The notes beneath the pieces were generated by a model, which did not search any database, was not told the DNA's origin, and was given only the letters and a program-made list of their open reading frames with translations. DNA of 64,000 bases, from positions 1 to 64,000 of the IMG/VR virus record IMGVR_UViG_3300045941_000223, one strand, 5' to 3'. Every line of letters starts with the position of its first letter. Position 1 is the first letter of the stretch. The position numbers were made by a program, and so were the translations under genes. Of the stretch, positions 44,721 to 55,100 are shown piece by piece. Source of the stretch: a virus.

Positions 44721-46111
44721 TGTCCGATTTCAGGCTCGATCTCGACGAGGTCGTCGTCACCGGCGACGATCCGTCGCGTCTGCAGGACGAAGGCACGCCC
44801 GGCAACCCGCGGCAGCAAACGTCGTCGTCCATACCCAACAGCAGCGGCAGAGCAGAAGGCATTGGCGGCCAGCAGGATTGGCCGAGCCGCGATGAAGTGG
44901 CGGTGCTCGAAGTCAACAATGTCAGGTATGAAAATTGGACTTCGGTGTGGGTGCAGCACCGCATGATGGAATGGTGGCCGCTTTTCCGGTTCACGTGCGC
45001 TGAATATTCGCCGGTGCCACCAGCGTGGCCGCAACTGCAATTCAAGCCGGGCGACACCTGCAAGATTTGGCTCGGCGGCTACTTGGCGTTGGCAGGCCGC
45101 ATCCTTGTCCGGCAGACGGCCTACGACGCCGACAATCATCAGGTGCTGCTGATCGGAGTAGGTCACCAGTGGTGTGGCTCGCGTGCTTCGATCATTCACA
45201 AGGATGGCAATTTCGACAACAAGGATTTCATGACGATCGCGAACGAAGTATTCGCCCCGTTCGGCAGCAAGTTCATTCCGAGAGGCCAGCCGGATATGGA
45301 GCCATACGAGGAAGCGCAAGCGGGCCGGGGCGAAGTGACCGCTGACTTCATTGAACGGCTCGCTCGCTTCCGCGATGTGATCCTAGGTGTCGATCCAAAC
45401 GACCCCGCCGGTAAAAACTACGTGGCGTTCTGGCCGCATATCCAGAAGAGCGACATTGGGTTGATCGAGGGCGAGAACATTCTGCGCTGCCAGTGCACCA
45501 TCAAGATCAACGATATGTTCAATCCGTACTACGCCGAAGGCGGGAGCAACGGTAACGACGAGAAGAACGGCAGGAAGGCGTCCGAGATGGGAGCCCGCGC
45601 CGATGGCGTGCTGCCATGCTATTCGCCCCTGCTCATTCCGGCCGAGATGCCGGTAGCGAACGATGGCCAGCTCCAGAAGCGCGTCAACCAAGAGCGGGAT
45701 CTTCGCGACTACGCGATCTTCGAAGCCAACGTGACCGTCGCCGGATGGCTGCGCAATCGCGCCACCGGACTGTGGAAGGCCGGTGACTACGTCTACGTCT
45801 GGTCGCCGATGGCGATGATCGACCAGCTCATGGGCATCAAGACCGTCACGTTCTCGCAGGACACCAACGCCGGTACGACCACCACGCTGGAGCTGGTGCA
45901 GCCGGGCCTTCTGAACAATCAGATTGCCGCCGACCCCGGCAAGACCGGAGTGCGAAAGCCCGGCACTTCGACCGGCACCACCAACGATCCAGCGCCGCCG
46001 ACGCCGATCGAGCCGGTCCCGGCACCGAACCAGCCCGATCCAAACCAGCCGCTGCCCGGCGAGAGCATACCGGGCACGCCCGGCATCGGCGGTATGGGCG
46101 GCGCTCCATAA
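44720..46111 (+). CDS. Baseplate hub (Mu gpP/gp44-like)
   Basis: YENWTSVWV, KPGDTC.I, LIEGENIL, VTVAGW..GLW. Confidence 0.85.
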   Translation: MSDFRLDLDEVVVTGDDPSRLQDEGTPGNPRQQTSSSIPNSSGRAEGIGGQQDWPSRDEVAVLEVNNVRYENWTSVWVQHRMMEWWPLFRFTCAEYSPVPPAWPQLQFKPGDTCKIWLGGYLALAGRILVRQTAYDADNHQVLLIGVGHQWCGSRASIIHKDGNFDNKDFMTIANEVFAPFGSKFIPRGQPDMEPYEEAQAGRGEVTADFIERLARFRDVILGVDPNDPAGKNYVAFWPHIQKSDIGLIEGENILRCQCTIKINDMFNPYYAEGGSNGNDEKNGRKASEMGARADGVLPCYSPLLIPAEMPVANDGQLQKRVNQERDLRDYAIFEANVTVAGWLRNRATGLWKAGDYVYVWSPMAMIDQLMGIKTVTFSQDTNAGTTTTLELVQPGLLNNQIAADPGKTGVRKPGTSTGTTNDPAPPTPIEPVPAPNQPDPNQPLPGESIPGTPGIGGMGGAP

Positions 46112-46127
46112 ACCCAACGGAGGCAGC

Positions 46128-46976
46128 ATGTTTCGACAGACCCCATTGACCAGCGGTTTCTACGCCTACAACGGCGGCGGCGCGCGGTGCCTGATCGACA
46201 CCGCCGACGATGGCCATTTCATGCAGGAGTCGAAAAGCACATTCATGCGCGGCGAGCAGCGATCGAAGATCGAGTCGCCGCAGAACTACGGCTTCACGTC
46301 GGTGGTCGCCAAGGCCACCAAGGACAAGCAGGGCCGGATCACCGGCAGCGCCGAAGGCTTCGTCTCGTTTATGGGCAGCAGTCGGTCGTTCCCGGTGATC
46401 ACCGTGATGGACGATCGGCGGCATCGCCTGCGCGATCTCAAGGAAGGCGACGTGGCGCTCTTCCGCGGCAAGGACGATCAGAACCAGATTCACCTGAACG
46501 AGGACGGCGGCTTCTGGTCGAACCGCAACGACCGCAAGACCCGCATCCAGATGGTCAAGAAAAAAGAGAAACAGGAACAGGGCGGCCCACAAAGCCAGCC
46601 AACCGTGAGCGCGCTTGCCAATGGTGGCGGTGGCGGCGGCAGCGGTGGTGGCGGCAGCAGCAGCGGTGGCCAGAGCGAGAGCGAGGACTTCCAGCAGGAA
46701 AAGCTCGAAGGCCAGCAGGCGCAGTACAAGGAAGAATCGAAGACCTACCTCGAACTCGACGGCGACAACAACATTCTGGCCAAGCGCGGCGAGGGGCACC
46801 AGAAGACCGAGGACAACAAGATCCAAGGCTACTGGAAGGACGAGACCCACTCCTATCAGGTCACCGACAGGCACATCCACATTCGCTTCAAGCAATTCCG
46901 GGTGTGGATCGACGAGACCGGCATCTGGAGCACGATCCCGATCCAAGTGAAGCAAGACCCGATGGACCATGCCTGA
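46128..46976 (+). CDS. Baseplate spike (Mu gp45-like)
   Basis: QNYGFTS, DDRRHRLRDLKEGDVAL. Confidence 0.85.
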   Translation: MFRQTPLTSGFYAYNGGGARCLIDTADDGHFMQESKSTFMRGEQRSKIESPQNYGFTSVVAKATKDKQGRITGSAEGFVSFMGSSRSFPVITVMDDRRHRLRDLKEGDVALFRGKDDQNQIHLNEDGGFWSNRNDRKTRIQMVKKKEKQEQGGPQSQPTVSALANGGGGGGSGGGGSSSGGQSESEDFQQEKLEGQQAQYKEESKTYLELDGDNNILAKRGEGHQKTEDNKIQGYWKDETHSYQVTDRHIHIRFKQFRVWIDETGIWSTIPIQVKQDPMDHA

Positions 46977-47472
46977 CATTCGGTTCGTTCAGTCGGGAAC
47001 CTTCCCGACCGTCACCGCGGTCAGCGTCGATTGGCTGCTGCTCGGCGACGGCTCACTCGACGAGACCGAGGCGCTGGCCACCGCGGTGATCGTGGCGCTC
47101 GGCACCGACCGGCTGGCCGAGCCCGGCGAACGCCTGCCAGATCCGGACTCGGTCGATCGGCGCGGCTGGTGGGGCGACCTCGACGCCGAGCAGATATGGG
47201 ACGGCTGGCCGATCGGCTCGCGGCTGTGGCTGCTCATGCGCGAGAAGATCACCGGGGCGGAAGCCTACCAAGGCGCGACCATCACCCGGGTCGAGCACTA
47301 CATCCGCGAAGCGCTGCAGCCGTTCATCGATCGCCGCGTCGCCTCGCAGTTGGAAGTGCGCGTCACGCGCGTCAATCAGGAACGCATCGACGCACTGATC
47401 CGGATGTACCGCGGTCCGGATATCGAGATCGAGCTGCGCTATCAGATCCTGTGGGAAGACATAATGGAATGA
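46969..47472 (+). CDS. Baseplate protein (Mu gp46-like)
   Basis: LATAVIVALGTDR...RRGWWGD...GSRLWLL.REK. Confidence 0.9.
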   Translation: MPDIRFVQSGTFPTVTAVSVDWLLLGDGSLDETEALATAVIVALGTDRLAEPGERLPDPDSVDRRGWWGDLDAEQIWDGWPIGSRLWLLMREKITGAEAYQGATITRVEHYIREALQPFIDRRVASQLEVRVTRVNQERIDALIRMYRGPDIEIELRYQILWEDIME

Positions 47473-47478
47473 TCGGCC

Positions 47479-48567
47479 ATGCCATGGGCAACCCCAACTC
47501 TTACCCAAGTTCGTGAGCTGGTTCGTGACCAGATCCGCGGATCGTTGCCGGGCGCTGACGCAGCGATCCCGAACTCGGTGCTGCGCGTCATGTCCGACAA
47601 TCAGGGCGCGCTCTGCCACTTGGTTTTGCAGTACATCGACTGGCTGTCGCTGCAGCTCTTGCCTGACACCGCCGAGACCGAATGGCTCGATCGGCACGGC
47701 GATATCTGGCTGGTCAATTCCGATGGCAGTACCGGCCGCAAGGTCGCCACCTTGGCGCAAGGGACCGCCACCTTCACCAGCATCGACGGCGGCATCATCG
47801 TTCCGGCCGGGACGCGGCTGATCCACGGCAACGTCGAGTACGAGACCATCCAAGAGTTTGTGGTGGCGTCGGGTCAGGTGCCGACCCCGGGCGAGATCCG
47901 CGCGCTCGATCCCGGGGTCATCGGCAACCTCGTCCCCGGCGATTCGCTGGCGATCTCCACCACCGTCGCCGGGGTGGACGGCACCGCGGTGGCGATCGAT
48001 GTGGACGGCGGCGTCGATGAAGAGAGCGACGACGACCTGCGCATCCGGGTTCTGGAGCGCATCCGCCAGCCGCCGCAGGGCGGTGCCGCGCACGACTACG
48101 TGCGATGGGCGAAGGCGGTGCCGGGCGTCACCCGCGCGTGGTGCGAGCCGCTGGAGATGGGAATCGGCACCGTCACCGTGCGCTTCATGATGGACGAGCT
48201 GCGCGCCGACAACGACGGCTTCCCGTTCGAGAGCGATTGCGAGACGGTCGCAGAGTACATCGACACGCAGCGTCCGGTGGCCGTGAAGGACTTCTTCGTC
48301 GTGGCACCGCTCAAACAGCGCATCGACATTCTGATCAACAACCTTAATCCGAGCACCGACGCGGTGAAGGCCGAGATCAAGAACTCGATCGAGCAGATGC
48401 TGTTCGACAAGGCCAAGCCCGGCCAGACGATCTACGCGGCATGGAAATACTGCGCGATCATGGAATCGCCCAACGTGGTGTCGTTCTCATTCCCAACATC
48501 GGCCGATGACGTGATGCCGAGCCCCGGGCACATGGCCGTGCTCGGCGATATCGTCTATGGCACATAA
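47479..48567 (+). CDS. Baseplate J-like (Mu gp47)
   Basis: LPDTAETEWLDRH, GGVDEESDDDLR.R, PPQGGAAHDYVRWA. Confidence 0.93.
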   Translation: MPWATPTLTQVRELVRDQIRGSLPGADAAIPNSVLRVMSDNQGALCHLVLQYIDWLSLQLLPDTAETEWLDRHGDIWLVNSDGSTGRKVATLAQGTATFTSIDGGIIVPAGTRLIHGNVEYETIQEFVVASGQVPTPGEIRALDPGVIGNLVPGDSLAISTTVAGVDGTAVAIDVDGGVDEESDDDLRIRVLERIRQPPQGGAAHDYVRWAKAVPGVTRAWCEPLEMGIGTVTVRFMMDELRADNDGFPFESDCETVAEYIDTQRPVAVKDFFVVAPLKQRIDILINNLNPSTDAVKAEIKNSIEQMLFDKAKPGQTIYAAWKYCAIMESPNVVSFSFPTSADDVMPSPGHMAVLGDIVYGT

Positions 48568-49291
48568 CCAGACGCCAGTCGTCATTGAGCGCGATCGGCA
48601 CATCCGTCGCTACGGCGAGGACTACACCGACGCATTCGTCGATCTTCTGCCGCGCGGCAAGATATGGTCCCGCTCGCCCGGCTCGACCATCTACGGCGTC
48701 TGCCGCGGCCTCGCGTGGTTTTGGGAATATGTCGATGGCCGCGCCGCCGACCTTCTGGAACGCGAGAGCGATCCGCGTCTGACCACCGAGCTGCTTCCCG
48801 AGTGGGAGCGCGCATGGGGCCTGCCCGATCCATGCTTCCCGTCCACCACCGATATCGAATCGCGTCGCAAGATGCTCGTCATGGTGATGACGTGGCTCGG
48901 CGGCCAGTCGCGCGAATACTACAAGAAGGTGATGGAGTGGGTCGGCTACGAGGATATCGAGATCGCGGACTTCGGCGAGTACGCGCCGTTCATGGCCGGG
49001 ATCTCGCAGGTAGGCGACACGCGGCCGACGCAAGATCCGACCAAGAACCAGAATTTCCGCTGGTACATCGGCCCGCCCGAGCAGCGTTTCTACTGGTACA
49101 TCCGCCCCGGCACGGTTGGCCTGCGATGGTTCCGCGCGGGCTCGGGACAGGCGGGCGTCGATCATCACCTTGAGTTCGCCGTTCCCGAAGAGTTGGAGTG
49201 CCTGCTCAATCGGTGGAAGCCCGCACACACCGACCTCATCATGGACTTCTCGCAGATGGCGTTCGGTGGACCCATGCAGGGTACGCCGTAG
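48557..49291 (+). CDS. Baseplate protein (Mu gp48/YmfQ-like)
   Basis: LLPRG..W, ELLPEWERAWGLPD.C, LECLLNRWKPAHT. Confidence 0.9.
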   Translation: MAHNQTPVVIERDRHIRRYGEDYTDAFVDLLPRGKIWSRSPGSTIYGVCRGLAWFWEYVDGRAADLLERESDPRLTTELLPEWERAWGLPDPCFPSTTDIESRRKMLVMVMTWLGGQSREYYKKVMEWVGYEDIEIADFGEYAPFMAGISQVGDTRPTQDPTKNQNFRWYIGPPEQRFYWYIRPGTVGLRWFRAGSGQAGVDHHLEFAVPEELECLLNRWKPAHTDLIMDFSQMAFGGPMQGTP

Positions 49292-49389
49292 CGGGAGCCC
49301 GGCATCTGATCATTGGGTTTCATCGGTCCTGACCGTTCCGGCGAACGGCTGGCTGTAAATCTAAACCTATCAACGACGGGACTGAAGCC

Positions 49390-51099
49390 ATGAAATACGT
49401 GCAGCCCTACGGCATCTCCGATCCGAACGCGCCCTACATCAATGGCGACCCGTCGATCGGACGGCAGGGCAGCATTCCGCCTGCTGCCGCGTTCGAGCAC
49501 CCGATGCGCGAGCTGGTGGCGATCATCACCAGAAGTTTCGTCACGCCCAGCGATACCGATCTCGAACAGGTGGCGAAATCGATCCGCTCGCAGCGGATGA
49601 ATTATGCGGAGGATACCGGGTCGGCCAACACCATCTCATGCTCGTTCGCTCCACCGATCACCAGCTACACGGTCGGCCTGCCGCTGCGCGTCAAGATCAA
49701 GGTCACCAACACTGGCGCGGTCACCATCAATGCCGGTGCCGGGAGCGCGCAGGTCAAGCGTCCGAATGGATCGCAGCTCTCGGCTGGCGATCTCACCGCT
49801 GGCGGTCTGGCCGAGCTGGTCTACGACGGCACCAGCTTCATCCTGATCAATTTCGGCGGCACCGGCGGCGCTGGCACCACCAATAACTACTTCGTCTACA
49901 TTCCGTACGCGGTCGATTCCGGTGCGGCGAACACCGTGACGGTCAGCTATTCACCACCCGCCGGTGCGCCAGCAATCTCGCTGGCCGCCGGTCTGGCGAT
50001 CCTGATCAAGATCAACAACACCAACACCGGGCCGACCACGCTCAATATCAACGGCTTGGGTGCGAGGCCGGTGTTCGCGCAGGGTGGCGGGGCGCTGCTG
50101 CCATCCGATGTGGTAGCAGGCGATACCTGCTTGTTCATCTACGACGGCACGCAATTCTGGATCTCTCCCAACATCACGATCACCGCGAATTGCACGATCA
50201 ACGTCGCCAACAATACCGACCTCGACAACGCCTTCAGAAATCTCGGCCGCAAGCGCATTCCGCCGAACATCACGGTGACGATCAAGCTCGCTGGCGCGGC
50301 AGCCCCAAACCCGAAAATCTTCACGCCGTTCACGACATATCACACCAATGCCGATCGCATCGTAGTCGAAGGCACGATGAACGGGGCGGTGCCGACCAAG
50401 AATGACTTCTACAAGACCGGCAATCCGAGCGACACCAGCAACAATCTCGCGATGCTGCGCGGTCGCTACGGCACCGAGATCCAGTTCACCAACGCGGCGT
50501 CAATCCTGACCGGCGGGTCCGGACTGGTGGCAATCAATCACACCGGCCCCGGCAAGATCACCATCAAGAATATTCTGATCACCGGCGCGAATTCCTATGG
50601 CGGCATATCTGGCACGCTCGGTGCGATCGGTCCGGAGCATGGCTGCGGCATGATCTGCGACGGCGTCAGCGTGTGGGGCGGTGGCTACAATGCGTTCGCG
50701 GTTGCGCAGGGCACTCTCGACTGCAGCAAATGCTTTTCGGCCAACAGTTGGGGCAGCGGCTTCTACTGCTACGGCGGCAGCACAATGTCGCTCTACGATT
50801 GTGGGGCGTACGGCAATGCGCAGGACGGGATGCAGTCCGGTGTCGGCTCGATGCTCTATCTCTACCAGAACAACGAGAGCATGAGGAATCTCTGGAATGG
50901 ACTGTCGGCGTGGGCAGGTAGCACCGCACTGCTGAAGAACCAAAATGGCGTCATCAACAACAGTGGTTCTTATTTCGATATCAACGCGACCGACATTTCT
51001 TCCATCACCATCAACAGCTCGGTCGGCAACACGTGGACCACAACGACTCCAGCGACCGGCGTGGTCGGCAATTTCGGGTCGCTGATCCGAATTTACTAG
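49390..51099 (+). CDS. Tail fibre/spike with beta-helix-like C-terminus
   Basis: MKY..PYG..DPNAPYINGDP; repeated YA.D.G.AN...NTG..T.N modules; pectate-lyase-like repeats. Confidence 0.8.
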   Translation: MKYVQPYGISDPNAPYINGDPSIGRQGSIPPAAAFEHPMRELVAIITRSFVTPSDTDLEQVAKSIRSQRMNYAEDTGSANTISCSFAPPITSYTVGLPLRVKIKVTNTGAVTINAGAGSAQVKRPNGSQLSAGDLTAGGLAELVYDGTSFILINFGGTGGAGTTNNYFVYIPYAVDSGAANTVTVSYSPPAGAPAISLAAGLAILIKINNTNTGPTTLNINGLGARPVFAQGGGALLPSDVVAGDTCLFIYDGTQFWISPNITITANCTINVANNTDLDNAFRNLGRKRIPPNITVTIKLAGAAAPNPKIFTPFTTYHTNADRIVVEGTMNGAVPTKNDFYKTGNPSDTSNNLAMLRGRYGTEIQFTNAASILTGGSGLVAINHTGPGKITIKNILITGANSYGGISGTLGAIGPEHGCGMICDGVSVWGGGYNAFAVAQGTLDCSKCFSANSWGSGFYCYGGSTMSLYDCGAYGNAQDGMQSGVGSMLYLYQNNESMRNLWNGLSAWAGSTALLKNQNGVINNSGSYFDINATDISSITINSSVGNTWTTTTPATGVVGNFGSLIRIY

Positions 51100-51108
51100 G
51101 AGAGTGGC

Positions 51109-51399
51109 ATGAAAGTGTACGTCTACGCTGCGACGATCACCGATATCAATCCGCGAGTAGGCGCAACCTATCCGCTGGGAGCCGTCGTTCCGGACGACGC
51201 TCACGGTATAGGAATGACCGTGCTTTACGTTGCGGATCAGGCGGTGTTCGTCAAACCGCTGGAGATGGGGTCCGGCACAGAAGGGCGAATGTTCTTGGTC
51301 GAAAACTGGCGGGATTTCGAGCTGGAGCCGCCGGTGCAGCAACAATTCAAGAAGAAAGCGGCACCGGTGCCAGAGGCCGAGGCGTCGTCCGAGGACTAA
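51109..51399 (+). CDS. Hypothetical protein
   Basis: AGGAG RBS. Confidence 0.6.
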   Translation: MKVYVYAATITDINPRVGATYPLGAVVPDDAHGIGMTVLYVADQAVFVKPLEMGSGTEGRMFLVENWRDFELEPPVQQQFKKKAAPVPEAEASSED

Positions 51400-51402
51400 C
51401 GA

Positions 51403-51828
51403 ATGTCCAACCTGCTCGCCATGCCGTTGTGCTCGCTGGTGATCGAGACCGGCAACAACGAGGACTGGATCGACAGCATCAAGTTCGTGATCGATGTCGA
51501 TGAAGATCCACAACCACAGCTCGATCTTACCGGGATCGATTTCGAGATGGAGGTTCGTCGCACGCCGGACGACGTGGAAGTGATCCTCGCCGCCTCGACC
51601 GCCAACGGCACGCTGATGATCGGCGACGCGCCCGATACCGGCTTCCTGATCATTCAGGTTCCCTTAGCCGACATGAAGGACAAGAAGGCCGGGAAGTACG
51701 TCGCCGATATCGTCGGCATGGACGGCGAGTTCACCCGCGCGGTCGCGCAGATCGAGCTGGTCATTCTCGAAGGGGTTACCAAGAAGCCGGTGAACAAGCG
51801 CATTGTCGTGCAAGGACCGGAAACATGA
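51403..51828 (+). CDS. Virion adaptor-like protein (Ig-like)
   Basis: LDLTGIDFEMEVR...G.YVADIV; resembles 3532..3939 in type. Confidence 0.6.
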   Translation: MSNLLAMPLCSLVIETGNNEDWIDSIKFVIDVDEDPQPQLDLTGIDFEMEVRRTPDDVEVILAASTANGTLMIGDAPDTGFLIIQVPLADMKDKKAGKYVADIVGMDGEFTRAVAQIELVILEGVTKKPVNKRIVVQGPET

Positions 51829-53291
51829 CGATCCTCAGTATCGCGACTGTTTCCCGCAACCCGGCGGTTGCCGGTGACGGTCTGCTGGTGCCGTCAGCTA
51901 TTGGCGTTGCCGCGCCGTACGGCACGCCCGGGCCAATGGTAGGAGGTACCAGCACCACGCCGGTCATGGTCGAGATCGGGGCCAAAGCATTCATCATCAA
52001 TGAACTCGGCCGGGTGTTTGTCGTCGGCCAGCGGGTGCGCGCCAGCGCGGTCGGCGTTAGCGATGTCTGGATGGAAGGCGTCGTCACCGAATGGCTCAGC
52101 AACGAGCGGCGGCTGACGATCGATGTCGATCTCATGTTTGGCGCTGGCGAATATGCCGAGTGGGCGATCGGGGTCACCGGCGAGCCGGGGCATATCGGAG
52201 CAACCGGGCCGACCGGACCGCAGGGCGCAACGGGACCGCAGGGACCAATCGGCCCAACCGGGCCATCCGGGTTCAACGGAGGGACGATCACCGGCGATCT
52301 GACGATCGACAAGGCAACGCCGCGAATCTCGCTGCAAGCGCCGTTCGGCGGTGGGCAAAATCAGAGCCGAGGAATCCGGGGCCGCGATGCCACCGGGCTC
52401 AATCGCTGGATCGTTCAATTCGGCGATGCCGCGGTCGAGAGCGGCGGGAATACTGGATCTGACTTCACCATCAATCGCTACACCGATGCCGGGGCACCAC
52501 TCGGCCTCGATGTCATGAAGGTGGTGCGCAGCACCGGCGCGATCACCTTCAACTACCCGGTCACGATCACCGGGGCGGTCACTGTCGGCGGGCAGCTCCA
52601 CGCATCCGCAGGACCGATCACGCTCAATCAGGCCGCGGCATCGTCGCCACAACTGACGACCAACTGCTTCGGGCTGCAAGTCGCTGGCACCACCGCGCCG
52701 TTTTCCTACCAGATGCGCTTCAACGATTGGGGCCTGCAGTGGGTCATCGGCACCGGCAGGCTGGAGTACTTCGATTACGCCGGGGCAATCCTGTTCAGCG
52801 TCAACGCCAGCGGCGTCCTCGCGGTCTCCGGTGACGGCGTGAAGCCGGGTGGCGGAAGCTGGTCGGCTCCTTCCGACGAGCGCGTCAAGACCGTCACCGG
52901 CGAATACCAGCACGGCATGGTCGAGCTGCGGGAGCTGCAGCCGGTCGTCTACACGTACAAGGGCAACGACACGCTCGAAATCCCGCAGGGCGAAGTGCCG
53001 TACAAAAATTCGCCCAACTATCAACCAGCCGTGGCAGGCAGGGAATTCGTCGGTCTGATTGCGCAGGATACCGAGCAGGCGCTTCCCGAGCTGGTCAGGA
53101 AAATATCTGGCTACATCGACGGCGCACTGATCGGCGACCTGCGGGTCATGGACACCACGCCGCTGATCTTCGCGCTCTTGAATGCCGTCAAGGAGCTGGA
53201 CGCGCGGGTGCAGGGGCTGGAGAGCGGCACTGCACCGGAAGCGACGGAAGCAACCGCACCGGAAACGAAGAAGGCCAAGAAGAAGAGGTAG
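51825..53291 (+). CDS. Tail fibre with C-terminal intramolecular chaperone (S74-like)
   Basis: Short collagen stretch; SDERVK cleavage motif, L.PV.Y.Y, GLIAQD, LLNAVKELDARV. Confidence 0.85.
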   Translation: MTILSIATVSRNPAVAGDGLLVPSAIGVAAPYGTPGPMVGGTSTTPVMVEIGAKAFIINELGRVFVVGQRVRASAVGVSDVWMEGVVTEWLSNERRLTIDVDLMFGAGEYAEWAIGVTGEPGHIGATGPTGPQGATGPQGPIGPTGPSGFNGGTITGDLTIDKATPRISLQAPFGGGQNQSRGIRGRDATGLNRWIVQFGDAAVESGGNTGSDFTINRYTDAGAPLGLDVMKVVRSTGAITFNYPVTITGAVTVGGQLHASAGPITLNQAAASSPQLTTNCFGLQVAGTTAPFSYQMRFNDWGLQWVIGTGRLEYFDYAGAILFSVNASGVLAVSGDGVKPGGGSWSAPSDERVKTVTGEYQHGMVELRELQPVVYTYKGNDTLEIPQGEVPYKNSPNYQPAVAGREFVGLIAQDTEQALPELVRKISGYIDGALIGDLRVMDTTPLIFALLNAVKELDARVQGLESGTAPEATEATAPETKKAKKKR

Positions 53292-53544
53292 GCCATGGCT
53301 TGCCGAGCCTGTGAGGAAACGCGCCGGGTGATCGCCAGCGTCTGGCGGCGGATCAACGTCCGGCGGCAACAGAAGACGCGTCCGCCGGTGCCGACGCGCG
53401 CCAAGCCGACCACGGTCAACGTGCGGCCTCGCCGCTGGCCGCCGCGCTAAACAAGCATCGACACATTGAACCATTTGGTGACCAGCGTGCGCCAAGCGCG
53501 TGCGATCAGGAACGTCTTCCTCACGATCGTCTCGGCCACGGCCA

Positions 53545-53873
53545 TGATGTTCACGTGGGTCGTCGTCAATGAGGTCGATGCTGAACAGCAATCACTGACG
53601 CCGCTGACCACCTTCCCGAAGATCAAGATGCCGACCTGCATCAGCGCCCCGATGCGTGACAAGGTTCGCGGCCTGACCCTCGACGGGCTCGATCAAGCGC
53701 TCAAGAACCGGATGGACAAGCTGTTCGACAGTTGGATGAAGGACGACGCCGATCAGCCGCGGCGCGCACAGCGCGGGCTGGACCAAGCGATCCGCGCCTA
53801 CGTCGGGTCTCGCTACTTGATGTCCGCATGGGACCCGCCGATTTGCCCGGACATGCACGGAGAAAGTCAATGA
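53545..53873 (+). CDS. Hypothetical membrane-anchored protein
   Basis: Hydrophobic N-terminus; start uncertain (53466 or later). Confidence 0.5.
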
Positions 53874-54166
53874 GCGAGGATCGATCGCCAAACACTCTGG
53901 TCGGAGCCGCAGGGCAGACTGCAAGCGAGGTTGTGCAAGGCTTGGGTCAGCAGCCGGTTCTGCTCGGCCTGATAGTCCTGAACATCATCTTCATCGCGAC
54001 AGGTGGTTGGTTCCTGCATGAGCTGCGGGCAGGAGCCGGTCAGCGGATGGATATGCTCATTGAACGCTGCTTGCCGAAGAGCGTCAGCAGCACCGAGATC
54101 CCATTGCCGATCCCCAAGCCGCCTGAAATCGCGTCCGCGCCGCTGCCGCCGGTACCAACGGAGTGA
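53870..54166 (+). CDS. Single-TM protein (holin/lysis candidate)
   Basis: QPVLLGLIVLNIIFIATGGWFL; upstream of the endolysins. Confidence 0.55.
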   Translation: MSEDRSPNTLVGAAGQTASEVVQGLGQQPVLLGLIVLNIIFIATGGWFLHELRAGAGQRMDMLIERCLPKSVSSTEIPLPIPKPPEIASAPLPPVPTE

Positions 54167-54169
54167 TCT

Positions 54170-55096
54170 ATGGCGTCGAAACGCAAGCCGCCCAAGCGCA
54201 AGCCTAAACCGAAAACCAAACCGAGGGAGGCGCAAGCCATGCCCGTATCGAGATTAGGACACTTGCCGAAGTTGAAGGTGCCCGCTTCGAGCACGCCACC
54301 GTGGCTATCGACCATGAGGGCGATCAGCGGATGGACCGAAGTGCCCGGCGAAGCCGACAACCCGAAGATCGTCGGTATGGCCGAGTCGATCGCACAGAAT
54401 TTTCCAGAGATGGAGTCGTACTGCGATCAGTACCAGCACGACTCGACTCCGTGGTGCGGTCTGACCGTCGCCTATTGCATGTCGGAGAACGATATCCGGC
54501 CGGTGTTCGGCCCGACCGACACCGATAAATTCCTTTGGGCGCAGGCGTGGATCGATTGGGGCTTCCCGATCGAGCCGACGCCGGGCTGCGTGATGATCTT
54601 CACGAGAGAAGGCGGCGGCCACGTCACGCTGCTGGAAGAGATCACCAGCTCGGGCGCGTGGAAGTGCCGCGGCGGAAACCAAAGCGACATGGTGAACGTC
54701 GCAACGTACACGTCCGGTCTGCTCGGCGCGGTCTGGCCGCCCGGCTACCGGCCGCCGGTGCCGGTCAAGCCGCCGATGCTCGAAAAGGGTGATACCGGAC
54801 GGTGGGTCGGGATTGCGCAGAAGCTGCTCAATGCCAACGGCGCAACGCCGGTGCTCGACGTGGACAGTGACTTCGGTCCGGCGACCGACACCGCCACCCG
54901 CGAGTTCCAGCGTGAAAGCGATCTCACCGTCGATGGGGTCATCGGTCCGGATACGTGGAAGGCGTTGGCCGCGGGCGTGATCCTGCCGCCCGACCCGGAC
55001 ACGGTCACCGCCGAAGAGGTCGTCAGCGAGATCATGACGGCGATCGAGCCGGTGATGACCGAGATTTTGAACAAGTACACGTTCACGATGGAGTAG
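54170..55096 (+). CDS. Endolysin 1: TIGR02594/CHAP-like Cys-His domain + PG-binding domain
   Basis: PPWL, PWCG, GGGHV, GGNQSD; VDSDFGPAT..A.REFQ....VDGVIGPDTW. Confidence 0.88.
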   Translation: MASKRKPPKRKPKPKTKPREAQAMPVSRLGHLPKLKVPASSTPPWLSTMRAISGWTEVPGEADNPKIVGMAESIAQNFPEMESYCDQYQHDSTPWCGLTVAYCMSENDIRPVFGPTDTDKFLWAQAWIDWGFPIEPTPGCVMIFTREGGGHVTLLEEITSSGAWKCRGGNQSDMVNVATYTSGLLGAVWPPGYRPPVPVKPPMLEKGDTGRWVGIAQKLLNANGATPVLDVDSDFGPATDTATREFQRESDLTVDGVIGPDTWKALAAGVILPPDPDTVTAEEVVSEIMTAIEPVMTEILNKYTFTME

Positions 55097-55100
55097 TCCG

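Noticed and set aside
38884-53291. Diversity-generating retroelement or invertible fibre cassette
   Set aside because: No reverse transcriptase, invertase or adenine-variant TR/VR pair was recognised in the window.
53295-54166. Rz/Rz1 spanin pair
   Set aside because: No convincing lipobox or nested lipoprotein ORF could be identified by eye.
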